Assembly: GCA_046735395.1 (NCBI GenBank)
Contig: JBJKQR010000061.1
Location: 1-38,213, forward strand
DNA from: Fidelibacterota bacterium
GTDB taxonomy: Bacteria > Fidelibacterota > Fidelibacteria > Fidelibacterales > DSDE01
DNA length: 38,213 bases
Reading direction: 5' to 3'
This document shows, in pieces, positions 19,001 through 27,658 of the stretch (positions are counted from its first letter, which is position 1; every line of letters begins with the position of its first letter). The notes beneath the pieces were generated by a model. That model was not told the DNA's origin and made no database searches. It saw only the letters and a list, made by a program, of their open reading frames with translations. A program made the translations under genes and the position numbers.

Positions 19001-20185
19001 ATGTTAAGTCTTAAACTGGCCTTTCGAAATCTGACCCATGCCGGCCTGCGGACCTGGCTGAATGTGATCGTGCTGTCGCTGGCATTTGTTCTCATTGTCT
19101 ATACGCAGGGAATTTATGAAGGAATGGCGCAGCAGATGATCCGGGACATGACGAATTGGGAAGTGGGCGGCGGCCAGATGTGGCAGGCATCCTATGATCC
19201 CTATGACCCGCTGACCTGGGAGGATGCCCATGCGCCGGTGACGGGTGAACTGAAACAGCTGGTGGATGACGGGGACGCGACCCTGGTTCTGCAGACGCCG
19301 GCGGCTATTTTTCCGCAGGGGCGGATCTCCAATGCCATTCTCAAAGGTATCGATCCCAACCAGTCCATTGTGGCTCTTCCCACAAAAGCTCTCAATCAGG
19401 AACTGCCGGGCGGAGAGATTCCCGGTCTCATTGGTTCTCTGATGGCGCGCAGCAGCGGCCTGAAGGTGGGAGACTATCTCACGGTGCGCTGGCGGGATGT
19501 GAACGGAACCTTCGATGCGGCGGATGTAAAGATCGTGGCGGTGATGGAAACGGTGGTGCAGACGGTGGACAAGGGACAGATCTGGCTGCCTCTTGCTTCG
19601 CTGCAGAGCATGCTCCAGATGCCCGGTGAAGCCAGCAAAATCATTCTGAAGAAGGGGATGGATCCTCTGCCGGCAGGCACACCGGACTGGGTTGAGAAAA
19701 CGCCGGATGACCTGCTGCAGGAAGTCTGGAAGCTGGTCAATGCAAAAAAGAGCGGTGGCATGATCATGTTCAGCGTCCTCATAGCCATGGCATTGCTGGC
19801 CATCTTTGATTCGCAGGTTCTGGCGATCTTCCGCAGGCGGAAGGAGATGGGAACGCTGATGGCCATGGGAATGACCCGGTCTTCCGTCATCAAATTATTT
19901 ACCATTGAGGGAAGCCTGAACGGCGCTCTGGCCATCCTCATCGGAGCTATTTACGGGATTCCCTTCATCATATGGAGCGCCAATACGGGACTGGCTATGC
20001 CTCAGGAAGGCATTGAACAGTTTGGCCTGGCGCTGGCCGCCACCATTTATCCGGTGTACAGCCTGAAACTCTTCGTGGGTACGAGCCTTCTGCTGTTTCT
20101 CACCGTGCTGGTGGTGTCATTTCTGCCCACACGAAAGATCTCCCGGCTGAAGCCGACAGATGCACTGCGCGGAAGAATGTCATGA
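19001..20185 (+). CDS. ABC transporter permease, FtsX/LolC-E type
   Basis: LAFRNL...RTWL TM1, periplasmic domain, RRKEMGTLMAMGM, PTRKISRLKPTDALR; GGAGG RBS before ATG 19001. Confidence 0.92.
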   Translation: MLSLKLAFRNLTHAGLRTWLNVIVLSLAFVLIVYTQGIYEGMAQQMIRDMTNWEVGGGQMWQASYDPYDPLTWEDAHAPVTGELKQLVDDGDATLVLQTPAAIFPQGRISNAILKGIDPNQSIVALPTKALNQELPGGEIPGLIGSLMARSSGLKVGDYLTVRWRDVNGTFDAADVKIVAVMETVVQTVDKGQIWLPLASLQSMLQMPGEASKIILKKGMDPLPAGTPDWVEKTPDDLLQEVWKLVNAKKSGGMIMFSVLIAMALLAIFDSQVLAIFRRRKEMGTLMAMGMTRSSVIKLFTIEGSLNGALAILIGAIYGIPFIIWSANTGLAMPQEGIEQFGLALAATIYPVYSLKLFVGTSLLLFLTVLVVSFLPTRKISRLKPTDALRGRMS

Positions 20186-20210
20186 TTCAAACGGAATGGA
20201 AGGAGCCGGC

Positions 20211-21485
20211 ATGTTACAGTTTTTATTCAGAGGATTGATACGGGACCGACATCGTTCCCTGTTTCCCGTTATTATTGTCGCCCTGGGCGTCTTTCTGACG
20301 ACCTTTCTCTACAGCTGGCTGAACGGCGTGTTCAGCGATATTATTGAAGTGAGCGCCCGTTTTGATACGGGGCATATCAAACTGATGACCCGAAGTTATG
20401 ATGAACTGGCTGATCAGTTTCCGAATGATCTGGCCATTGCCGGTACAGACAACCTGATTCAGGATCTGTCGGCCCGGTACCCGGAGTATCGCTGGGTTCC
20501 GCGCATCCATTTAGGCGGGTTGCTGGATATTCCGGATAAAAACGGAGAAACCCGCACACAGGGTCCCGTCATGGGCCTGGGCCTGGAGCTGATGGATTCG
20601 TCCTTCGGGGAAAATGAACGCCTGAATATTCAGTCATCGCTGGTCCGGGGCCATTTCCCTGAGAAGCCGGGAGAGATCCTGATCGCGGAGCAGTTATCGC
20701 AGGATCTGGATGTGAATCCGGGGGATGTGGCCACACTGGTGGGCGCGACGGCCGGAGGCGCCATGGCCATCCAGAATTTCATCGTGGCGGGAACGGTGAA
20801 GTTCGGAATGATGGCGATGGACCGAAGCAGCATCATTGTGGATATCGAGGATGCGCGTTATGCCCTCGATATGAATGATATGAGTTCCGAAATCCTGGGT
20901 TATGACCGGAATATGCTCTACGATCCGCTGGCTATCGAAAAGCTGGCCGCGGACATTGATGAACATTATTCGGATGAATCCGATCCCTACTCGCTGATTG
21001 CCCGGCCGTTGGCGGATCAGAATGGCCTGGGTGCCTATCTGAATTATGCCGAGATGGCCGGTGTGGTCATCGTGGTGATTTTCCTGGCCGTCATGGCTGT
21101 GGTTCTGTGGAACACGAGCCTGATGGGGGGCATCCGGAGATATGGGGAAGTGGGTGTTCGTCTCGCCATCGGGGAGACAAAATGGCATGTTTATTTCAGC
21201 ATGATCTGGGAATCCGTCTTCATTGGACTGGCCGGATCCATTCTGGGTACGGCCATCGGATTGCTGCTCGCTCTATATCTGCAGGAAGTGGGCATTGATT
21301 TTTCAAAATTTGCCCAGGGATCCAGCATGATGATGAATAATATCGTCCGGGCAAGGATTACGCCCGGAAGCTACTATCTCGGTTTTCTGCCCGGTCTGGT
21401 GGCGACGGTTCTGGGAACCATGTTCGCGGGCGTGGCCATCTTCAAACGGCAGACGGCCTCGCTGTTCAAGGAACTGGAAGTATGA
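20211..21485 (+). CDS. ABC transporter permease, FtsX/LolC-E type (second subunit)
   Basis: FLFRGLIRDRHRSL TM1, RRYGEVGVRLAIGE, 3 C-terminal TMs; AGGAG RBS before ATG 20211. Confidence 0.92.
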   Translation: MLQFLFRGLIRDRHRSLFPVIIVALGVFLTTFLYSWLNGVFSDIIEVSARFDTGHIKLMTRSYDELADQFPNDLAIAGTDNLIQDLSARYPEYRWVPRIHLGGLLDIPDKNGETRTQGPVMGLGLELMDSSFGENERLNIQSSLVRGHFPEKPGEILIAEQLSQDLDVNPGDVATLVGATAGGAMAIQNFIVAGTVKFGMMAMDRSSIIVDIEDARYALDMNDMSSEILGYDRNMLYDPLAIEKLAADIDEHYSDESDPYSLIARPLADQNGLGAYLNYAEMAGVVIVVIFLAVMAVVLWNTSLMGGIRRYGEVGVRLAIGETKWHVYFSMIWESVFIGLAGSILGTAIGLLLALYLQEVGIDFSKFAQGSSMMMNNIVRARITPGSYYLGFLPGLVATVLGTMFAGVAIFKRQTASLFKELEV

Positions 21486-21561
21486 TTTGCATTTTGAATT
21501 ACCATATTGAAAAGGGAGCTGTGGTGAAAATCTATGCGGCCCCGGTGGAGAGGGAAAAATT

Positions 21562-22299
21562 ATGAAGCGAGTGATGACTGCGATCCTGCTGCTGGTGATG
21601 AATCTGTCGGCAGCGGATATCACGGCAGATGAAATTTTAAAGAAAATAGATGAAAACATGGTGGTGGACCACGCGGTGACGGTGGCGACCATGATCATAC
21701 ACGGGCGCAGCGGCAGCCGGGAGATCCAGAGTAAATCCTGGAGCCGGGGCCGTGATTCAGCCTATGTCGAATACCTGAAGCCCCCGCGGGAACAGGGAAA
21801 GAAGATGCTGAAGATCGGGGACATGATCTGGAATTACAGTCCCGAACCGAATGACCGGATTATCACGATCAGCGGCCACCTCCTGCGGCAATCGGTCATG
21901 GGTTCGGACCTGAGTTATGAAGACATGACCGAAAATGACGGGCTGAAAAATAATTACAGCGCCGAGCTCACGGGCCGGGATACGGTCGCCGGGTCGGAAT
22001 GCTATGTGCTGGAGCTGACGGCCAAAGTGCCGGATCTGGCCTACCATAGCCGGAAGGTCTGGGTTGACTGCCGCCGCTATCTGCCGCTGAAGGAAGAACG
22101 CTATGCGAAGAGCGGTCGTCTGCTCAAGCGGACGGAGATTCAGGAATTCATGAAAGTGCAGAATCGCTGGTATCCGAAAAAAATGCGCTTCAAGGATATG
22201 CTGAGCCGGGGTGAAGGAACGGAATACATCATTGACAGCGTGGATTTTAAGACAGCCATTCCTGAGAAATTATTTACCAAGGCCGCATTGAGAAATTAG
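21562..22299 (+). CDS. Outer-membrane lipoprotein-sorting (LolA-like) periplasmic protein
   Basis: Signal peptide; ADEILKKID, PPREQGKKML, W.Y.P, SVMGSDLSYED, CYVLEL, SGRLLK, IPEKLFT motifs. Confidence 0.9.
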   Translation: MKRVMTAILLLVMNLSAADITADEILKKIDENMVVDHAVTVATMIIHGRSGSREIQSKSWSRGRDSAYVEYLKPPREQGKKMLKIGDMIWNYSPEPNDRIITISGHLLRQSVMGSDLSYEDMTENDGLKNNYSAELTGRDTVAGSECYVLELTAKVPDLAYHSRKVWVDCRRYLPLKEERYAKSGRLLKRTEIQEFMKVQNRWYPKKMRFKDMLSRGEGTEYIIDSVDFKTAIPEKLFTKAALRN

Positions 22300-22313
22300 T
22301 AATTTGAATAAAT

Positions 22314-23714
22314 TCAGGGTTCCTGAATGCCACAGCGCCGGATCATTTTGTGCAGGTTGCTGCGGTTGATTCCGGCGTGTGCGGCGGCCTGGCTCACATT
22401 GCCGTTGAACTCTTTCAATAACTGTTCGATATAGCGCTTTTCCACTTCCCGTCCGGCATCGGACATGGCCTGGCGGCGCATTTCATCCATTTCCGCCCAG
22501 CTGGAGGGAACGGGTCCGGCCACCGGAATCGAAGTTTCGGCAGGTGACGGCGCTATCTGCGGGACATCGATGAATTCAGGCGTGATGAGATTATCCGTAC
22601 AGAGAATGGCCGCCCGGATGATGTAGTTTTTCAGCTGACGGACATTGCCGGGCCAATCGAAAGAGAGGAGACGCTGCAGGCTGTCGTCGGAGAATTCTTT
22701 CTGCGGGACTTTCATTTCAGCACAGATTTCCCGGAGAAAATGCCGGGCCAGATCGGGAATATCATCCTTGCGCTGCCGCAGAGGCGCGACATCCAGAGGA
22801 ATCACATCCAGACGATAGTAGAGATCCTCCCGAAAGCGGCGTGCCTGTACCAGCTCCACAAGATTCCGGTTGGTGGCGGCAATGATTTTCGCCCCTGTCC
22901 GGACATTTTCATTTCCGCCTACGCGGGTGAATTCCCGTTCCTGTATGACCCGCAGCAGTTTGACCTGTGCTTCCGGACTCAGTTCGGAAATCTCATCCAG
23001 AAACAGAACCCCGTCCGAGGCCAGTTCAAATTTTCCCAGTTTGCGTTTCTGGGCGCCGGTGAAGGCACCTTTTTCATACCCGAAAAGTTCAGATTCGAGA
23101 AGTTCGGAGGGTATGGCCGCGCAGTTGATGGCCACGAAGGGATGGTCACGGCGGTCGGAGGCATAATGCAGCTGCCGGGCAACCAGTTCCTTGCCGACAC
23201 CGCTTTCACCTGTAATCAGCACGGTGTTCAGGTTGAGAGCAGTCAGCCGTATCCGCTCCCGAAGACGGTTCATGGCCGGGCTGTTGCCGATGAAGTGAGA
23301 ATAGGGCTGTTTCACTTCATGATTGATAATATCCCGTTCCTGTTCCCGGCGCACGGTCTGTGTCGCGCGTTCCAGAAGGTATTCCAATTCAGATATATTC
23401 GGCGTCTTGGAAATATAATCGGTGGCCCCGCGTTTCATGGCTTCGATAGCCGTGTCAACGGAACTGTAATCGGTGATCATGATGATGGGAAGCAGGGGAG
23501 ACCAGGCCTTGAAGGCGGAAATCAGATCCAGGCCCGAGTGTCCGTTGTCGAGCATGAGATCCAGCAAAACCACATCCGGATCTGCCTCCTTCAGACTCTG
23601 TTCGGCCCGGGCGGCGCTGTTTTCGATGGAGACATGGTAACGGGAGCCCAGGAGCGCGGCAAGATCCCGGGTAAAAGCGGCATCATCGTCCACAATGAGG
23701 ATTCGGATTTTCAT
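22314..23714 (-). CDS. sigma54-dependent response regulator (REC-AAA+-HTH, NtrC family)
   Basis: ILIVDDD...LLDLML...T...K receiver; GESGVGKE, ESELFGYEKGAFTGA, FLDEI, FREDLYYRL, WPGNVRQL; Fis-type HTH. Start set at ATG 23714 (ATGA overlap with the kinase stop, AAGGAG RBS). Confidence 0.96.
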   Translation of the reverse strand: MKIRILIVDDDAAFTRDLAALLGSRYHVSIENSAARAEQSLKEADPDVVLLDLMLDNGHSGLDLISAFKAWSPLLPIIMITDYSSVDTAIEAMKRGATDYISKTPNISELEYLLERATQTVRREQERDIINHEVKQPYSHFIGNSPAMNRLRERIRLTALNLNTVLITGESGVGKELVARQLHYASDRRDHPFVAINCAAIPSELLESELFGYEKGAFTGAQKRKLGKFELASDGVLFLDEISELSPEAQVKLLRVIQEREFTRVGGNENVRTGAKIIAATNRNLVELVQARRFREDLYYRLDVIPLDVAPLRQRKDDIPDLARHFLREICAEMKVPQKEFSDDSLQRLLSFDWPGNVRQLKNYIIRAAILCTDNLITPEFIDVPQIAPSPAETSIPVAGPVPSSWAEMDEMRRQAMSDAGREVEKRYIEQLLKEFNGNVSQAAAHAGINRSNLHKMIRRCGIQEP

Positions 23715-26700
23715 AAAACTCCTTCCATCAGTTCGATTCGGAAACAGCATCCCTTTCCGGGTATATTTTCCCGCAGGGTAATGGAGGCTCCGTATTTGTT
23801 CAGATAATCCCGGGCGTGAGCCAGGCCGGTTCCGCTGCTGCCGTAATTGGACATTCCCGGCTCAAAGATCTGTGATTCAAGGTTCCGTGGAACTCCGGGG
23901 CCGTTATCGCAGAAATCGAGCGTGATTCGGGAGCCGGTACGGCTGATTTTCAGAAATATCTGCGGATCTGTCCGGTCTCTGAGTGCCCGGATGCTGTTCT
24001 GAAATAAATTATCCAGAATATCTGCCAGATCGGCTGAGGGAATCATGACCGGGACGCTGCCCGTATTTTCAGGTTCCTGGGTGCAGCCGATGGAATGATT
24101 TTCCGGATTGGCCCAATAACTGTGACGGATATGGTTCAGAATGTCCGGAAGGTCACAGCTGTAATGCACATAGACCTTTCCTCGGGCATTATGAATGAAA
24201 TCCTTGATTTTCCGGAGCTCGGCCTGAATCTCGGCAAAACGGTCATGCCGGGATGCTGAAAGGAGCTCCACGACCTGTGACGCGGCGGTCCGGATATCGC
24301 CGCTTTCCTCCTGAAATTCCGGCAGTTTCTCCGCCATATTGATTAAGGAGCTCAGTCGTTCGTACAGAATGCCGGTGAAGGTCTTGCGGCGTTCATTCAA
24401 TTGATTTTCAAGTTCGGTGGGCAGCGTGTCTCCATGGGAGGATACGGCACCGCAGAGCATGATCAGGCCATTGATGGTGCTCATGGCCCAATTCCCGTGA
24501 CTGAAGACAAGGAGTTCCTGAAGCAGGGCAAAGCGGGTTTCCTCCACACTGACAGCCCGGTGTCTGCGCGCGACCTGATAGGAGAAGAACCAGGCAAGAA
24601 AGAAAGCGGACAGATTGAGGATAATGGGGGCGCCATAGCGGATCAGGGGAGTGAAATCATGGAAGACAAAGAGGGAGCCCCAGAAGAGAAGGTTTGCGCT
24701 GATGATGTGGATATTGACGGTCATAGTTCGCCACTTGAACTGTCGTATTCCGGAATGAACGCTGAGGAAAAGGCTCAGGATAAAGGCAGAAAGCAGGAGG
24801 AAATAAATATAGGTCTCGGGTTTCAGGCTCTGATGCAGAAGCCGGGCCGCGAATACGGACAGCATACGCCGGCTTGCGGAAAGTTCATCCACGGTCAGGA
24901 AGGATCCGTTCTTCAGGTGACGGAGTATCCGTTCCCGTCCACCGGGAAACCGGATGCGCGCATCATAATATCCGGGTTCGGGAAGGCCGAAATGAAATTG
25001 GGGGGAATTTCTGAAATTCGGACTGCCATTATCGGATCCGCCCGTTTTGAATCCGACGCAGTTTTCCGGTCTGAAGGCGCTGCCGGACGGATAGAGCGAG
25101 ATTTCCACCCAGGCGGCCGCTTCCCCCATACTTTTACTTTTTATCAGGAAGGACAGAAAGGTCTGATTCTGATTCTGATTCATCCACAGTACATTGGCCC
25201 GGTTGCCGACAGCGTACAAATCCATCTGGCCATTCTGATTGACGTCCGCCGTGATACAGGCATCCACCGGAGGCGTGAGTAGCTGAACCTGCTCCGTGAT
25301 GTCACGGAAGGAGTGTCCGTTTTCATTCAGAAGGAGAAAATTTCTGTTTCGGCCATTCAGAAACAGATCGGGATAGCTGTCATTATTGTAATCCAGAACC
25401 GTGATGAAATGGGGCGTTTCGCTTCCGCAGAGGCGATGGACCTCTGTGGTGAGATCATCATACATGTAGGTGCCGGAATCGGATTTCTTTAAAATGGTCA
25501 GGTGGCCGGCGCTGCTGAGGGTTATCAGTTCGTTTATTTCATCGCGGTCAAGGTCACAGGGAAGATTTACAATCGTATTTCCGATGGTATCAATCCGTGT
25601 GGTGCGAAGTGTATCGGTCTGGTTCGTGAACAGTTGCAGGTCCCTTGCCCAGTAAGTTCCGGCGATACATACGGGTGATCCGCTGCTGTCCAGGGACTCC
25701 GGGGTCAGCACGGAATACCATGACCGGGGAGCCGGGGGGAGTATCGTGTTTTTTCCCAGACTGTGTCCGCGCCAGAGAATGTTGAGTGGAGAAATGCTGC
25801 CCTTGCCCATGTCATCGGAATAGTAAAACACAGGCAGCAGAAGGAGTGAATTGCGATAAGGCATGATTTCCAGGTCACGAAGATACTGCAGGGAGCGGAG
25901 ATCGGTCAGGTACGATGATAATTCGGCAAAATGCGTATGTCCGTCATTCCGATAAATCGTGAATGACCAGCCGTTGGCCGTATTGGAACCTGAAATCAGG
26001 TCGGTGTATTCATCCCCGTCCACGTCCGCAATCGCCACAATGTCGTTTTCCGACAGGTACTCGAGTCCGCTGCCGTAGGATGCATCCTGAAAGGGTGCAT
26101 TTTTCTGATTCAGGTACAGGCGGGTGTAACTGTCCCGGCTACCGTTCAGAATCAGGAGATCGGGAAGATTGTCACGATTTGCATAGAGAAAGACGGCCCC
26201 GTTGTGCGTATCATAGGGAGAGCCCTCCACATAATAGTCAAAGGCCTTGTTGTGGAAGGGCGCATAGCGGCTTTTCCGCAGCTGCAGCAGTTCGCCTCTC
26301 TGTCCCATGATCACGCAGGAATCCCGGCCCAGAATCACCATGTCCATCATGCGGTCTCTGACGGGAAGAGACAGGGTGTCGCAGTGTGATCCGCTTCGGA
26401 GATACAGGCCGTCATGATCTCCGAAATACAGAATCGTATCCTGAGCAATTCCGGGAAAGACCTGAAAGTCCATGGTCTGACGGCCCGAAAACAGATTTTC
26501 GGAATGATGAAAAGAGGCGCCGCTCCGTGTGAACAGATCTCCGTTGCGGTTCAGGGCGTAGACGCGGTTACCCTGTCCCGTCTGAATGGTTGTGATGTCA
26601 ATACCTCTGTTCAGCTCAACGGGAAAGGGCGTAAAGGAACCGTTGCTCCAGGCATAGATTTCCTGATGCCGGACGGAAAACCACAGGGTATCCGCCCCGC

Positions 26701-27190
26701 CGGGACAGGCTGTAATGATGTGGCTTTCAAATGGATTCTCGATGGCTTCGAGACGTTTCCCCGTCATCCGGTAGAGGTGGCCCCAGTCCCCGTACAGGAT
26801 ATAGCTTCCCTTGAAGACCAGGCCGTTGCGACAGGGAACCTCCACACTGTCCGTCGTGAGAATACGGCCATTCTCTCCAAAATGCCGGATCTCGGTGCGG
26901 AAATCACTGCGGACCAGAATTTCAATATAATCCTGCGGTGATTTTAAAATATAATTTCTGAAGACATAGGGAGCCTTGAATTCACTGGCAGGAAGGTTCA
27001 TCTTTTTCCCGCCGCTGATATAGAGCGGCGCTTGTCCCTCCTCCAGAATGATATAGGCAGAGGGTGTGTCGGCGCTGATCAGGCTCCGGTTCCTTCCGGT
27101 CGCATCCTCCAGCATAAAGGTCCACAGCGGCGACGCGGAGGCCTGTATGTGAAGGAGAATCAGGGCCAGAATAGTGACTGCTTTTTTCAT
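23711..27190 (-). CDS. Membrane sensor histidine kinase with FG-GAP/CRTAC1-like and ASPIC/UnbV ectodomain
   Basis: Signal peptide; FG-GAP loops (NRDNLPDL, DVDGDEYTDL, DLDRDEINEL, DYNNDSYPDLF, DVNQNGQMDLY); HFGL...IRFPGG (ASPIC/UnbV); 3 TMs; HATPase N box DNLFQNS, G1 DNGPG, F IFEPG, G2 GTGL. GTG 27193 is an alternative start. Confidence 0.88.
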   Translation of the reverse strand: MKKAVTILALILLHIQASASPLWTFMLEDATGRNRSLISADTPSAYIILEEGQAPLYISGGKKMNLPASEFKAPYVFRNYILKSPQDYIEILVRSDFRTEIRHFGENGRILTTDSVEVPCRNGLVFKGSYILYGDWGHLYRMTGKRLEAIENPFESHIITACPGGADTLWFSVRHQEIYAWSNGSFTPFPVELNRGIDITTIQTGQGNRVYALNRNGDLFTRSGASFHHSENLFSGRQTMDFQVFPGIAQDTILYFGDHDGLYLRSGSHCDTLSLPVRDRMMDMVILGRDSCVIMGQRGELLQLRKSRYAPFHNKAFDYYVEGSPYDTHNGAVFLYANRDNLPDLLILNGSRDSYTRLYLNQKNAPFQDASYGSGLEYLSENDIVAIADVDGDEYTDLISGSNTANGWSFTIYRNDGHTHFAELSSYLTDLRSLQYLRDLEIMPYRNSLLLLPVFYYSDDMGKGSISPLNILWRGHSLGKNTILPPAPRSWYSVLTPESLDSSGSPVCIAGTYWARDLQLFTNQTDTLRTTRIDTIGNTIVNLPCDLDRDEINELITLSSAGHLTILKKSDSGTYMYDDLTTEVHRLCGSETPHFITVLDYNNDSYPDLFLNGRNRNFLLLNENGHSFRDITEQVQLLTPPVDACITADVNQNGQMDLYAVGNRANVLWMNQNQNQTFLSFLIKSKSMGEAAAWVEISLYPSGSAFRPENCVGFKTGGSDNGSPNFRNSPQFHFGLPEPGYYDARIRFPGGRERILRHLKNGSFLTVDELSASRRMLSVFAARLLHQSLKPETYIYFLLLSAFILSLFLSVHSGIRQFKWRTMTVNIHIISANLLFWGSLFVFHDFTPLIRYGAPIILNLSAFFLAWFFSYQVARRHRAVSVEETRFALLQELLVFSHGNWAMSTINGLIMLCGAVSSHGDTLPTELENQLNERRKTFTGILYERLSSLINMAEKLPEFQEESGDIRTAASQVVELLSASRHDRFAEIQAELRKIKDFIHNARGKVYVHYSCDLPDILNHIRHSYWANPENHSIGCTQEPENTGSVPVMIPSADLADILDNLFQNSIRALRDRTDPQIFLKISRTGSRITLDFCDNGPGVPRNLESQIFEPGMSNYGSSGTGLAHARDYLNKYGASITLRENIPGKGCCFRIELMEGVL

Positions 27191-27232
27191 CACCGAAAAT
27201 ATAGCGGTTTTGGCTTGTGGAAACTAAGTAAA

Positions 27233-27275
27233 TGTTGCCCGTGTGAGCAACAGTGGTGTCGCTATAAAAGCCACT
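27233..27275. promoter_or_regulatory. Putative enhancer (UAS) pair for the NtrC-type activator
   Basis: TGTTGC-N8-GCAACA palindrome (27233-27252) and a degenerate second site TGTCGC-N7-GCCACT (27257-27275), about 95-120 bp upstream of the predicted start site. Confidence 0.6.
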
Positions 27276-27304
27276 TTTATGGATCTCCTGAGGCCGGGGC
27301 ACTG

Positions 27305-27317
27305 TAACATATTGATA
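27305..27317 (-). promoter_or_regulatory. IHF binding site
   Basis: Minus strand TATCAATATGTTA is an exact match to WATCAANNNNTTR and lies between the UAS and the sigma54 site. Confidence 0.65.
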
Positions 27318-27333
27318 ATTGGCAATTCAAGGA

Positions 27334-27350
27334 TTGGTACGAAATTCGCA
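27334..27350 (+). promoter_or_regulatory. sigma54 (-24/-12) promoter
   Basis: TTGGTACGAAATTCGCA, GG-N10-GC, 30 nt upstream of ATG 27380. Confidence 0.75.
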
Positions 27351-27379
27351 GTAGCAATTAAAAAAATGAGGGAAAATCC

Positions 27380-27604
27380 ATGGCTGAAGAAACGGATTTC
27401 TACAAATTATGCCCCCAATGTGATTTTTTCTGTCATTCCAGAGAAGATGACAAATATTGCTCACTCTGTGGCACCGCACTCATGGAGACCTGCCGCAGCT
27501 GCGGGGAAAAGATCGGGAATCCATATGCGAAATTCTGTCGTTTCTGCGGAACGCCGCTGAGGCCGGGTACGAAGCAGGATGTCTTCACACAGCTGCTGAG
27601 TTGA
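27380..27604 (+). CDS. Small double zinc-ribbon (DZR-like) protein
   Basis: Four CxxC knuckles CPQC, CSLCG, CRSCG, CRFCG in 74 aa; GAGG RBS; first gene after the sigma54 promoter. Confidence 0.85.
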   Translation: MAEETDFYKLCPQCDFFCHSREDDKYCSLCGTALMETCRSCGEKIGNPYAKFCRFCGTPLRPGTKQDVFTQLLS

Positions 27605-27658
27605 GCAGCCGGGATGCTGAAAAATATATTAACCAGGGAAAAAACATACGGAGATATT

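Noticed and set aside
27614..27658. Upstream ORF-track starts (27614, 17061, 20160, 18995, 23750)
   Set aside because: Downstream ATGs have better RBS, signal-peptide placement or translational coupling
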